In this document: positions 42,603 through 51,736 of the stretch, one piece after another
Position numbering within the stretch: the stretch's first letter is position 1
How the letters are laid out: every line of letters begins with the position of its first letter
The notes under the pieces: model-generated
Seen by the model: the letters and a program-made list of their open reading frames with translations, nothing else
What the model was told of the DNA's origin: nothing
Databases searched by the model: none
Position numbers and translations under genes: made by a program
NCBI GenBank assembly: GCA_965203055.1
Contig: OZ241863.1
Coordinates: 2,400,001 to 2,464,000, forward strand
Direction: 5' to 3'
Source of the DNA: Spirochaetia bacterium
Lineage (GTDB): Bacteria > Spirochaetota > Spirochaetia > SZUA-6 > Bin103
DNA: 64,000 bases

Positions 42603-43721
42603 TCACCGCGCCGGCCCGCCGCTGATCACGTTCGCCTTCCAAAGTTGGCCCAGAGAGTACTCCTTCAGCCAGTCCTGCAGGCGATCCGGGTCCAGCCGCT
42701 CGAACACCGACTCGCCATCCCGCCGATTGACCACCACGACGTCTTCCGGCCGAAACTCGCTGACCAGGTCGGCGGATTGCGTGGAGACGATCACCTGCCG
42801 CGCTTCACTCGCCGACTGCAGCATCTCCGCCAGCAGCGTAAGCGCGAACGGATGCAGCCCCAGTTCCGGCTCATCGATCAGGATCAGCCGCGGCTGCATC
42901 GCGGTCGGCTGCAGAAGCAGGGTGGCAAGGCACAGGAAGCGGAGCGTGCCGTCCGAAAGCTGAAGCGGCCCCAGCGGCGTATCGGCATCGTCGACGTGAT
43001 GCCATTCGAGTTCCATGCGCTCATCGACATCCTTGCGATAGACGAAGCCGCCGAAGAACGGAGCGGCCAACCGCACGGCGTCGACGATCTCGCGGTGCTC
43101 GTGCGGATGGCGTTCATGGAGCAAGCGCAGGAACGGCCCCAGGTTGGCCCCGTCCGGCTTCAAGCGCAGGTTGTCGCGCACCGCCTGCGGGCAGCGCACT
43201 CCCGCCACTTCGCTCGTATCGTGAAAGTGAAACACCCGCCAGTCCCGCATCACCGGCAGCACGTAAGCCGCAAAATCACCACGCCCGAGAGTCGCCGCAT
43301 GCGCCTCCTGGTGACCTCCGGACCAAGTCGCCCCCCCTTCGATCGTGGGAATCGTGTCGGGATATACCAATTCATACTCCTGGGGCACTCCAGGCAAGAC
43401 GTGCTCTCGCGTAAACGCCAATCCGTCCGCCACCGGCTCAAGCGAAAAGCCGTACCGGTGGCTGTCGCCGTTGAAGGACAACTCCACGTCCAGGACCGAG
43501 GTTCGCCGGCGACCGCCGAACAGCAGAGCGTCCGTTCTACCCTCCCGCTTGACGAACAATTGAAGCCTCTTCGCGGCAAGTTCGGACACCATCCGAAACA
43601 GACTCATCAAGTTGCTCTTGCCCGCCCCGTTCGCACCAACAAGGACATTCAGTCCGCGCAACTCGAAGTCCTCCAGCACCCGAATCGACTTGAAACCCCG
43701 GACAGCCAGTCGGTCTATCAT
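42603..43721 (-). CDS. ABC-type ATPase (AAA_21/AAA_15-like)
   Basis: [33 protein letters not shown]. Confidence 0.9.
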   Translation of the reverse strand: MIDRLAVRGFKSIRVLEDFELRGLNVLVGANGAGKSNLMSLFRMVSELAAKRLQLFVKREGRTDALLFGGRRRTSVLDVELSFNGDSHRYGFSLEPVADGLAFTREHVLPGVPQEYELVYPDTIPTIEGGATWSGGHQEAHAATLGRGDFAAYVLPVMRDWRVFHFHDTSEVAGVRCPQAVRDNLRLKPDGANLGPFLRLLHERHPHEHREIVDAVRLAAPFFGGFVYRKDVDERMELEWHHVDDADTPLGPLQLSDGTLRFLCLATLLLQPTAMQPRLILIDEPELGLHPFALTLLAEMLQSASEARQVIVSTQSADLVSEFRPEDVVVVNRRDGESVFERLDPDRLQDWLKEYSLGQLWKANVISGGPAR

Positions 43722-44560
43722 TGATCAAGTTGTGGTTCTCGACCACGAAACGAGCGCGCCGCTTCCCGTAGACCTGCGGCATCTTCCTTGGCGAATCCAA
43801 TGATCTTCTCAGCCGGCTTCATCGGCCGCGTCCGCGCCCAGGTCACGCCGACGTCAAGCGTCGGAAAGGGGCTGATCATCCTGTCAAGCGCTTCGCACAA
43901 GTTGGCGCTGACCCCCTTGTCTACGACTCTCGAAAAGGCTTCGCCGTCGCCTGCATGCGTGCGCGCCGCGGCGCTCCGGGCAGCATCGAGAGATTCGATC
44001 AGGCGTCTTGTCATCCGTCGCTCGATAGGGAAATCGTAGTCCTTGGACGGTATCGAGATCACCAGCGTGACGATGGAACTTCCCTGTTCGGTCTGTCCCA
44101 GGTGAACTCGGCTCAGAAGGTCGGCCGCCTCCCTGTTGGCGCCCGCGCGGTACACTGCCTGCGGCGCACGCAACGAGCAGGCCGCCGCCAAGAGCATGTC
44201 ACGCGCGCCGACGACGAGGGCGACGCCGTCGTTCACGGTCAAGCCGCCGTCATCGCGTCCGCCGGCTCGTACCCGCACGACATCACGGTTGGCGTTCACC
44301 AGATCGAAATAGATAGCGAGCTCGTCCCGTCCGGCTACTTTCGAAAATATCTCGATCAGGCTGGCTACGACACTTGCGTAGTCACCCAGACTTTGTGTGC
44401 CCGGCAGGATGATCTCTGGCAGCCCCTCCGCTGCATACACGTCGGAATAGGTGCGGTATTTCTCACCCGTCTTGGACCAACCCGCGACCCGCGCGTACGC
44501 CGAAAGAGCATCCGGCGAAATCGCCCGCAATGCGTCTCGATCTTGGATACGCACTTTCAT
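43718..44560 (-). CDS. Hypothetical protein, possibly C-terminally truncated
   Basis: 280 aa; LGQTEQGS and GVSANLCEAL motifs; ATGA overlaps on both sides. Confidence 0.7.
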   Translation of the reverse strand: MKVRIQDRDALRAISPDALSAYARVAGWSKTGEKYRTYSDVYAAEGLPEIILPGTQSLGDYASVVASLIEIFSKVAGRDELAIYFDLVNANRDVVRVRAGGRDDGGLTVNDGVALVVGARDMLLAAACSLRAPQAVYRAGANREAADLLSRVHLGQTEQGSSIVTLVISIPSKDYDFPIERRMTRRLIESLDAARSAAARTHAGDGEAFSRVVDKGVSANLCEALDRMISPFPTLDVGVTWARTRPMKPAEKIIGFAKEDAAGLREAARSFRGREPQLDQ

Positions 44561-44973
44561 CGGCTCGTCCCCTCGGTAGAGGACGTCAAATAGAACAGGT
44601 CGTTGACCGCGAGCATCGCCTGCACAAGATTGTGTTTCTGCAGTGCAAAGTTGCGCGCCGACGCCCGCACTTCAAGTTCCTTCGTCGCATCGCTGACCTG
44701 CACTCCGAATCCTCTGACGATCGTCCTGAGCAAGTCGTTCCGCATCGGGTTATCGATCGTGCACCCCGACTGCTCCAGATCGGCAACGGTACAACCGTCA
44801 TCCGTCAATATGAACCCATTGTCATGCCGCTTGGCGTAGATTTGAAGAAAGTCGTTATGGCGGTCCAGATAGGGAGTGGTGATTTCGACGCAATCGTGTA
44901 ATTCTCGCAGACTCGTCTGGTCTCTCAACCACCGCCAATACCCATCCAGCAGCGACTGCACTTCGTCGATCAC
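44557..44973 (-). CDS. DUF1828 domain protein (DUF1829 part absent)
   Basis: EITTPYLDRHNDFLQIY, LTDDG, KHNLVQAMLAVNDLF. Confidence 0.8.
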   Translation of the reverse strand: MIDEVQSLLDGYWRWLRDQTSLRELHDCVEITTPYLDRHNDFLQIYAKRHDNGFILTDDGCTVADLEQSGCTIDNPMRNDLLRTIVRGFGVQVSDATKELEVRASARNFALQKHNLVQAMLAVNDLFYLTSSTEGTSR

Positions 44974-46634
44974 GTGAACAAACCCCCTACGGGCCGCCGT
45001 CCTGAGATCAGCTCCGGCAACAGAGCGTCCCGGAGGTCTGCAAGACGGCGCGACTCACGCGCAGCCGCGCTGGCACGCGCGATGAGCGGACCAGCCATCT
45101 GCCCGAAGGTGCGCGCAATCTGCTCCCCAGGAGCAGGAATCGGGTATTGAGAGAGTACCTGTGGAGACACGCGCTGGCGTCCGCTCGTACCCGACATGTT
45201 CCTGATCAAGAATGCACGGAAACGAGGACTGCGCGCAAGACAGTAGGCGAACACGTTCGGGAGCGGCGGTCTGGGGCTCATGACGATGAACTCCGTCGAT
45301 CCCCAGCCGGTGGCGTTCGGTTCCAGAAAGTCCACGTAGGCAGTCTTGCCGTTCTCAAGGCAAGGCGTTATCCGCGCGACGAGCGTATCGCCGTTGACGA
45401 ACCTCGTCCCTGAACCGTACGGCCGTTCTCTCACCATATGTGGAGTATGCCCCGACATGGGCATATTCGCCATGTCAACGTACGGTGCGATCTCCCTCTT
45501 GCGCAAGCGCCGCGTCGGATTGACTTCGATCAACTCGGCAACCGGAACCACCTTCCAGCCTTCGGGAACGTCACCGATCTCCGATTTCACCAAGCTGTCG
45601 GGAAACTGATCGGCGCCATATTCCGGCCGGCCGGTGTCGTAGCGGCCCTCCATCTTGACACGGACGGGATCGAAGTCGATGAACCACGACTTGAACAGCG
45701 TTTGCACCAGGGCATCCAGCGTCTCGTTCATGCGGCGGTTCAACTCGATCTTGTCGTCGAGGGTGCCAAGGATATGAGCGATTTCGCGTTGGTCAGTAGG
45801 CGATGGTACCGCTACGTCCATGCTGGCGAGGTCTCGCTTCGTGACATGGCCCAGACCGGTCGTCTGTTTGTTCCTCGCGATCTCTACGAAGTTAGGACGG
45901 AGGTAACGCAACAAGTAGTAGAAGAACGTAGTGTCAATGCTCTTTCTCGGTGTTACTCGAAAGACGTGCTGATTCAGCCATCCGTCTGGTCCTCGCCATC
46001 GGAAGGCATCAATAGAAGAATCCGGCTGGCCGGACCAAGAAAATAGTAAGTCACCATTCCTGACTCGAACCGATTCGTCGAATGTCTGCTCTGTAAATTT
46101 GGTCTGCTGTGTTATTCCTCCTTTGATTTCCGCTATCTTGATAACCGGCTTTCCGCCATGGCTAAATTGTATTCTTCGGAACGCCAAGCCATTTACCCAT
46201 TGAGCCAATGAAAACAAGGGACGTCTCTTCCAATGTTTGGAGAATTTTGGATGGTAGAACCATCCTGATGTGGAGCTCTCTCCGTTATCATCACCCGTCA
46301 CCGACGTGATTATCACATGATTACGCTGTATTTCACGGTGGAAGCTCTCCGGCAAGCGCGCCCAGTCGTGCGCTTCGACCAGGAACGGAACCGTGGAGTC
46401 GCGCAGTGCTTCCTCGAAGTCGACCAGCCGCGTAATGTCGATCTTGGCGAGGCCGGGGCCGCGCAGCACGAGGTCGAGGTCGCTGCCGTCGTGGCTCTCG
46501 CCGTTCACGCGGCTGCCGTAGGCCCACACTTCCGCCTCGGGCAGGTGCTCCTGCAGCAGCGCTTCGAGCATGGCGCGATGGCGCGCCGACAGGTGCAGCG
46601 TGCCGGCGGGCCGCTCGCCCGGTGAGTCAGGCAT
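44970..46634 (-). CDS. hsdS: Fusion: minimal nucleotidyltransferase (MNT) + type I specificity subunit HsdS
   Basis: N-terminal ~110 aa WAYGSRVNGESHDGSDLDLVL, then two TRDs with conserved spacers (QREIAHILGTLDDKIELNRRMNETL, LFKSWFIDF, LRDALLPELISG) in one open frame. Confidence 0.9.
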   Translation of the reverse strand: MPDSPGERPAGTLHLSARHRAMLEALLQEHLPEAEVWAYGSRVNGESHDGSDLDLVLRGPGLAKIDITRLVDFEEALRDSTVPFLVEAHDWARLPESFHREIQRNHVIITSVTGDDNGESSTSGWFYHPKFSKHWKRRPLFSLAQWVNGLAFRRIQFSHGGKPVIKIAEIKGGITQQTKFTEQTFDESVRVRNGDLLFSWSGQPDSSIDAFRWRGPDGWLNQHVFRVTPRKSIDTTFFYYLLRYLRPNFVEIARNKQTTGLGHVTKRDLASMDVAVPSPTDQREIAHILGTLDDKIELNRRMNETLDALVQTLFKSWFIDFDPVRVKMEGRYDTGRPEYGADQFPDSLVKSEIGDVPEGWKVVPVAELIEVNPTRRLRKREIAPYVDMANMPMSGHTPHMVRERPYGSGTRFVNGDTLVARITPCLENGKTAYVDFLEPNATGWGSTEFIVMSPRPPLPNVFAYCLARSPRFRAFLIRNMSGTSGRQRVSPQVLSQYPIPAPGEQIARTFGQMAGPLIARASAAARESRRLADLRDALLPELISGRRPVGGLFT

Positions 46635-47061
46635 CGCCCGTCCCGTCGATGACGGCAGCCAACATCTTGGCATCGGCGATGAAGGCCGGGAGCAGCTTCA
46701 GGGTCGCCTCGGCAAAGCCTTCACCGTAGTCGTGGGCAGTGTCGTTGCGATTGTCGCGGTATTCCAGCCAGCGCTCGCAGGCGTCCGCCGGCAGCAGGCA
46801 GTGCTTGGCGGCGTGCCGGAACACGTCCTTGAACACGAGACGGTCGGCCTGCCGGTTGCTGGCGAACCAGGGGCGCAGGCGCTTCTTCAGCAGCTTGCCG
46901 CTCTGCTCCAGCACCAACTCGAACTCCTTGACGCAGGCGGCGCGGTAGATGTCGTGGAGTACGTCGTCGCCGGCGTCCTGGTCGCGGAGTCTGTCGAGCG
47001 CCTGCTCCAGGGTCCTGATGCAGCGCTTCAGATAAGTGGTGTCTATCGCCCTCTGTTCCAT
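46627..47061 (-). CDS. HI0074-family HEPN protein
   Basis: ACVKEFELVLEQSGKLLK, FKDVFR, RNDTAHDY (R-x4-H); overlaps the start of MNT-hsdS. Confidence 0.9.
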   Translation of the reverse strand: MEQRAIDTTYLKRCIRTLEQALDRLRDQDAGDDVLHDIYRAACVKEFELVLEQSGKLLKKRLRPWFASNRQADRLVFKDVFRHAAKHCLLPADACERWLEYRDNRNDTAHDYGEGFAEATLKLLPAFIADAKMLAAVIDGTGDA

Positions 47062-47215
47062 AGGTCCTGCTCAATCAACCGTGCGCCGGCCACCGCGCCG
47101 ATGAGTCCTGCACGACCGGGCGCTGCAACATACCACGGCAGACGCCCCCGATTCGCGGCCGGCGGCGCCGTTGCGCTTGACGTACCGATCTCTGCACGTA
47201 CAGTACCACGTACTC

Positions 47216-47497
47216 ATGTCGAGTGAACGGATCACGAACTACGCCGAGGCCCGTCATAATCTCAAGTCGTTGATGGACAGCGTCATCGAGGACCGCGCGC
47301 CGGTGATCATCACGCGGGCGACGGGCGACCCGGTGGTCATGTTGGCCAAATCGGAGTACGACGCCACGATGGAGACCCTTCACCTGCTGCGCTCGGCGCG
47401 AAACGCGGAACGCCTGCGCGGCGCGATAGCCGGCGTCGAAGCGGGCGACGTCGTCCACGCCGACCTCGTCGACGAGGAGATCACCGAACGGCCGTGA
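47216..47497 (+). CDS. Phd/YefM antitoxin
   Basis: NYAEARHNLKSLMDSV, PVIITR, ETLHLLRS..NAERL; GTAC repeats in the promoter (47182-47213). Confidence 0.9.
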   Translation: MSSERITNYAEARHNLKSLMDSVIEDRAPVIITRATGDPVVMLAKSEYDATMETLHLLRSARNAERLRGAIAGVEAGDVVHADLVDEEITERP

Positions 47498-47818
47498 GCA
47501 AGGAGCGTCGCCGGGCCGTCATCGCGTTCTCTTGGTTGGCATTGAGACGATCATTCCCAGTCGAAAGATGACGAGCCTGTACGTTAGGAGGATAACCGGA
47601 GTGAATCTGACCGAAGATGGCAGAGCGTTCCTGACGTTGAGAGGGAAGCCGAACGCTACCGCGCGGCCGCTCGCGCCACCTTGCAGAAAGACAAGCGCGT
47701 CACCATCAGGATGTCCGAACATGACCTGAACCGCTTTCGGAAAGCTGCCCTGCGCGATGGCCTGCCGTATCAGACACTCATTGCCAGTACCCTGCACAAG
47801 TATATCCTGCGGCAGTAG
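47494..47818 (+). pseudogene. Collapsed TA remnants: toxin fragments and a frameshifted CopG-like antitoxin
   Basis: GTG 47494 stub; TIIPSRKMT (BrnT-like C-terminus); RBS + GTG 47601 out of frame with WQSVP...KDKRVTIRMS...GLPYQTLIASTLHKY (stop 47818). Confidence 0.7.
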
Positions 47819-47885
47819 CGGAGGTAGCCGGTTCAGTGCGATGGCAGGTCCCCTGCTTCGACCACGCCGGCGCCGGGGCGGGGCG

Positions 47886-49454
47886 TCAGGCGCGGGCTAC
47901 CTCGAAGGCGGCGATGGTGCGCGCCTCGCGGCTGAACTCCACGCCGATCAGGTGGATCGGCTCCCCGGAAGCTCGGTACTTGTCGGCGTAGCCGCGCGCC
48001 CGCAACTGCGCCAGCGCCGCGCCTTCGGGCTCCAGCTCCACCACCTTGAATTCGAACAGATAGACGGTGCCCCGGTACCGGACCGCCAAGTCGACGCGCC
48101 CGCGGCTGCTCGACTCTTCGGCCGCCGGCTCCAGTCCCGCCGCCGCGAACCAGGCGTAGAACACGGTCGCGTAGTAGCCCTCGTAGCGCGCGATGTCGTT
48201 GCGCGTGTGCCACTCATACGGGATGCCGGCGAAGAACGCCCGGAACAGCGCCTCCAACCCCGCGAAGTCGCGCGCCGCCAGCAGCCGGCGCAGGCGGCCG
48301 CGGTCCGCGGCCTGACCCGCCACGCCGAGCGCGCGCAGCAGGTGACGGTTCAGGCTCTGCCGCACCTCGCGGTTGGGATAGCCGAGCCGGTAGAGCGGCT
48401 CGCCGTCGTCATCTTCGACGTCCCGGATCGTCAGGTAGCCGGTCTGGAACAGCAGCGCCGCCGGCTCCATCTCTTCCACGTCGAACGCGGACAGCAGATC
48501 GCCGCCGGCCAGCATCCCGTCCAGCGCCGGGGCCGCGACCCCACGCTCGATCAGCGTGTCGATCAGAAACGCCGGCGTGCCGGTCTCGAACCAATGGGCG
48601 GCGAACTCCCGGCGGTCGAACAGCAGCAGAATGTCGAACGGGTTGTAGACCCGATCGTCACCGCGCCAGTTGTAGCCGTTGTACCAATCGCGGATCTCCT
48701 CCCGGTCCAGCCCCGGCAGCTCCGCCGCGAACACCGTGTCCAGGTCGGCCTCGGTGTAGCCGCAGATCGCCGCATAGCGCGGATCCAGCGTGATGTCGAT
48801 CAGATTGTTGAGGCCGGAGAAGACGCTGACCTTGGAGAATTTGCTCACCCCGGTCAGCAGCGTGAACTCGACGTGCGCGTCGCAGGTCTTGATGGTCGCG
48901 TACAGCCCGCGCAGGTAGCCGCGGTTGGCGCGCGCCGTCTCCTTGTGCTCCAGCACGTCCAGGATCGGCTTGTCGTACTCGTCGACCAGCACCGCCGCCC
49001 GCTGCCCGGATCGCGCGTGCAGCGCTTCCAGCAGGTACGCCAGCCGACCCGGGGCCGTGCGGTACTCGGGGGTGATACCGGCGCGCCGCTCGATGGCGGC
49101 GAGCTGCTCCATGACGCTGGCTTCCAGCAGGGCCGGCTCGCGGTAGTCGCCGGCGCCGAAGTCGAGGCGCACCACCGGGCGGCGCTTGGACCACTCCCAG
49201 TGGTCGTGGACGTACAGGCCGCGGAACAGTGCCTCGCTGCCCTCGAACAGTTCCTTGATGGTGTCGAGCAGCAGGCTCTTGCCGAAGCGCCGCGGGCGGG
49301 ACAGGAAGTAGTGCTTTCCCTTCTCCGTCAGGCGGAGGATGAAGGCGGTCTTGTCGACGTAGTAGCAGTCGTCCGTGCGTATCTCGCGGAAGGTCTGGAT
49401 GCCGGTCGGCAGCTTCCGGCGCGTCATGGGCGTGTCTCGGTGCGGCGCGGTCAC
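47886..49454 (-). CDS. AAA-ATPase-like + PD-(D/E)XK nuclease (PDDEXK_9 type)
   Basis: LPTGIQTF, YYVDKT, RPRRFGKS, VDEYDKP, GRVDL...FEFK. Confidence 0.92.
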   Translation of the reverse strand: MTAPHRDTPMTRRKLPTGIQTFREIRTDDCYYVDKTAFILRLTEKGKHYFLSRPRRFGKSLLLDTIKELFEGSEALFRGLYVHDHWEWSKRRPVVRLDFGAGDYREPALLEASVMEQLAAIERRAGITPEYRTAPGRLAYLLEALHARSGQRAAVLVDEYDKPILDVLEHKETARANRGYLRGLYATIKTCDAHVEFTLLTGVSKFSKVSVFSGLNNLIDITLDPRYAAICGYTEADLDTVFAAELPGLDREEIRDWYNGYNWRGDDRVYNPFDILLLFDRREFAAHWFETGTPAFLIDTLIERGVAAPALDGMLAGGDLLSAFDVEEMEPAALLFQTGYLTIRDVEDDDGEPLYRLGYPNREVRQSLNRHLLRALGVAGQAADRGRLRRLLAARDFAGLEALFRAFFAGIPYEWHTRNDIARYEGYYATVFYAWFAAAGLEPAAEESSSRGRVDLAVRYRGTVYLFEFKVVELEPEGAALAQLRARGYADKYRASGEPIHLIGVEFSREARTIAAFEVARA

Positions 49455-49534
49455 GGTCCGGCCATGATAGCCGAACGGCGCGCCGCTATCATCCGCTCAT
49501 CCGCCGGCCTTACTCCTTACGGCCCCTGCGCCGC

Positions 49535-49745
49535 GTGCGCACCAAGGACCAGCCGTCGGTGGCTGCGGCCGCCGCCAAGGCGGGGTCAGCACCGCCACCG
49601 GCTACCGCTCGCGTGCGTTCGATGACCTGGACGCCTACCGCCGGTTGATCGCCGAATTGGTCGATGACGGCCGCGACCGGCAGCGCCAGACAGGCGACCG
49701 GCAGCGCCCCGAAGCGCGTGACGGGGTGTTGCCACGACGCTGATC
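49535..49745 (+). mobile_element. IS21-family istA remnant (internally deleted)
   Basis: AAAAAKAG/STATGYR (IstA N-terminal HTH-like) joined directly to SRAFDDLDAYRRLIAELV (IstA mid-region-like). Confidence 0.55.
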
Positions 49746-49834
49746 AAGGGGAGAAATGTCTGAGGATACGTACCGCTGGCTCAAAGTTCCTCCATGAGAG
49801 CGCAGCCACTGGGGAACATCGTTTGGGTCAACTG

Positions 49835-50731
49835 TTAGCCATGCCGTGTCGCTGCCAGCCGAGCTGTGGGCTGATCTTCGTCGGGTAGAACGAGGCTTTC
49901 GCAGCCGCTGAATTCGACGCCGTACGATGCCAGGCGCTTGCTCATGACCCGTATCGCATCCGGATTGTCGTCGATCAAAATGAAGTCGCGGCCGAGCCGC
50001 GCAGCGGCCTCGCCCAGCGTTCCGCTGCCCGCGAAGAAGTCGATCACCAATTCGCCGGGATGGGTGTGCACGCGGACGATTCGCTCAATGATGCCGACCG
50101 GCTTCTGCGTCGCGTAGCCAGTCTTTTCCTTGCCGTTGGGACTGACGATCGTATGCCACCAGACGTCGGTCGGCGTCTTGCCGCGGGCTGCCTTTTCGGC
50201 ACCGACCAGGCCGGGAGCCAAGTACGGAATCCGGTCGATCTCGTCGTAGCGGAAGGTGTAGTTCGCCGGGTCCTTGGCGTACCAAAGGATATTGTCGTGC
50301 TTGGCCGGCCATCGGGACTTGGAGCGGCCGCCGTAGTCGTAGGCCCAAATGATCTCGTTGATGAACGACGCGCGACCGAAGAGTTCGTCCAACAGCACCT
50401 TGCAATAGTGGACTTCCCGATAGTCCACGTGCAGGAAGAACGAGCCGTTCGGTTTGAGCACGCGCCGCGCCTCGCGCAACCGGGGCTCCAGGAAGCCGAG
50501 GTAATCGTCGAACGCGTCGGCATAGCCACTGGTGCCGATCTCGATAGTCCGATAGCGCTTGCCCTGGAAGCCGGTGCGGTCGCCGGATGCCTCATCCCGC
50601 ACCGTGCTGATGGTCGTCCTGGATTGCGTCCGCCCGGTATTGAACGGCGGATCGATATAGACGAGCGCCGCCGACTCGTCCGGCACCGACGCTAGCGCTT
50701 CGAGATTGTCGGAAAAGATCACCTTACGCAT
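49835..50731 (-). CDS. N4/N6 DNA methyltransferase, beta class
   Basis: YIDPPF near the N-terminus; YATQKP and DFFAGSGT near the C-terminus. Confidence 0.93.
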   Translation of the reverse strand: MRKVIFSDNLEALASVPDESAALVYIDPPFNTGRTQSRTTISTVRDEASGDRTGFQGKRYRTIEIGTSGYADAFDDYLGFLEPRLREARRVLKPNGSFFLHVDYREVHYCKVLLDELFGRASFINEIIWAYDYGGRSKSRWPAKHDNILWYAKDPANYTFRYDEIDRIPYLAPGLVGAEKAARGKTPTDVWWHTIVSPNGKEKTGYATQKPVGIIERIVRVHTHPGELVIDFFAGSGTLGEAAARLGRDFILIDDNPDAIRVMSKRLASYGVEFSGCESLVLPDEDQPTARLAATRHG

Positions 50732-50802
50732 ATCAGTATGCGCTGCATAAAGCTCGGATACCGTTAGCAGTGTTTTGTTGTCCGGTCAGTATGGGCAGAT
50801 TA

Positions 50803-51180
50803 TCATGCAGAACTGACTTCTAACTCTTCCGGTGCCTTGCTGACCCACTCCGGTGCGTACAACAGTACGGGAGCGACGTTGTCGTCGGCCCATAAGGCTG
50901 AATCTTGGCCCCAGTAAAAAAAGTGAGCCGTGCGATTATCCTTCAGCGCTTTCTGTTTGGCGCTACCTTTTTTACTGTAGACTACCACGATGTCGCCTCG
51001 GTTTACCGGCTTGTAGGGAAACCAGAACGTATTTTCGACCTTGGTAGTTACCTGGTCGTCTTCAAACCCCGTGCAAATGAGCATGAAATCGCCGATGTCG
51101 GCATCGCGCAGGACTCGAAGCGCAAGCCGTTCGTACTCCAGGTTTCCCTTGTCTAGAACGAATTCGATCTCTACTCTCAC
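50803..51180 (-). CDS. Hypothetical beta protein, lamin-tail-domain-like
   Basis: GTGA overlap with the upstream gene; ER..L...D.DIG.F...FWFP...V..GD.VVVYS..G...FYWG...W pattern. Confidence 0.65.
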   Translation of the reverse strand: MRVEIEFVLDKGNLEYERLALRVLRDADIGDFMLICTGFEDDQVTTKVENTFWFPYKPVNRGDIVVVYSKKGSAKQKALKDNRTAHFFYWGQDSALWADDNVAPVLLYAPEWVSKAPEELEVSSA

Positions 51181-51650
51181 TTCTTCTCCTCCGATGAACC
51201 AGCTGGCCGTTTCAAGGCCAGCCGTGCCACCACTGGTCCCACAACAAACAATCCGCCGACGACGAATGCGATCCATCTGTGGGATGACGGCAGTGACGAC
51301 AGATAACCAAGGATCAAAGCGCCGCCTATCAAAGCTGCATCAAGGAGGATGTCTTGCACAGTCGACTTCTTGAGCCGTTCCCGCAGTACCGCGACCTCCT
51401 TATCACGTCCATGGAATCTCTCCCTGATCTCCTTCAGTTCTTCGTTCTCGTCCTGCAACCGGTCATGCAGGTCAAGGATCATCTTCTGGGTGCCGGTCTG
51501 CCGAAGGTCCTCCAGGGACAATTGCCGCGACAGACCGTGGAAGGGTTGCCGGCCCTTCCCGAGTGATGCTTCCTCGCCGCCACCCCCAGGCTCAGCGTAT
51601 TCGTCCAGTTGGCGGTTCGGAGGTTCGGCGCCGGTGTCACCGGCCGGCAA
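51177..51650 (-). CDS. Hypothetical coiled-coil + 2TM membrane protein
   Basis: Coiled coil followed by two hydrophobic helices; RBS GAGGGAG; lower GC. Confidence 0.7.
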   Translation of the reverse strand: MPAGDTGAEPPNRQLDEYAEPGGGGEEASLGKGRQPFHGLSRQLSLEDLRQTGTQKMILDLHDRLQDENEELKEIRERFHGRDKEVAVLRERLKKSTVQDILLDAALIGGALILGYLSSLPSSHRWIAFVVGGLFVVGPVVARLALKRPAGSSEEKK

Positions 51651-51736
51651 GTGAATCAGTCTCCCTCATCCGTTACCGATTGTATCGGATGCCGGGGAGG
51701 CGTCAAGCGCGGGCGCGGTTGCGGCATGTTTGCCGA

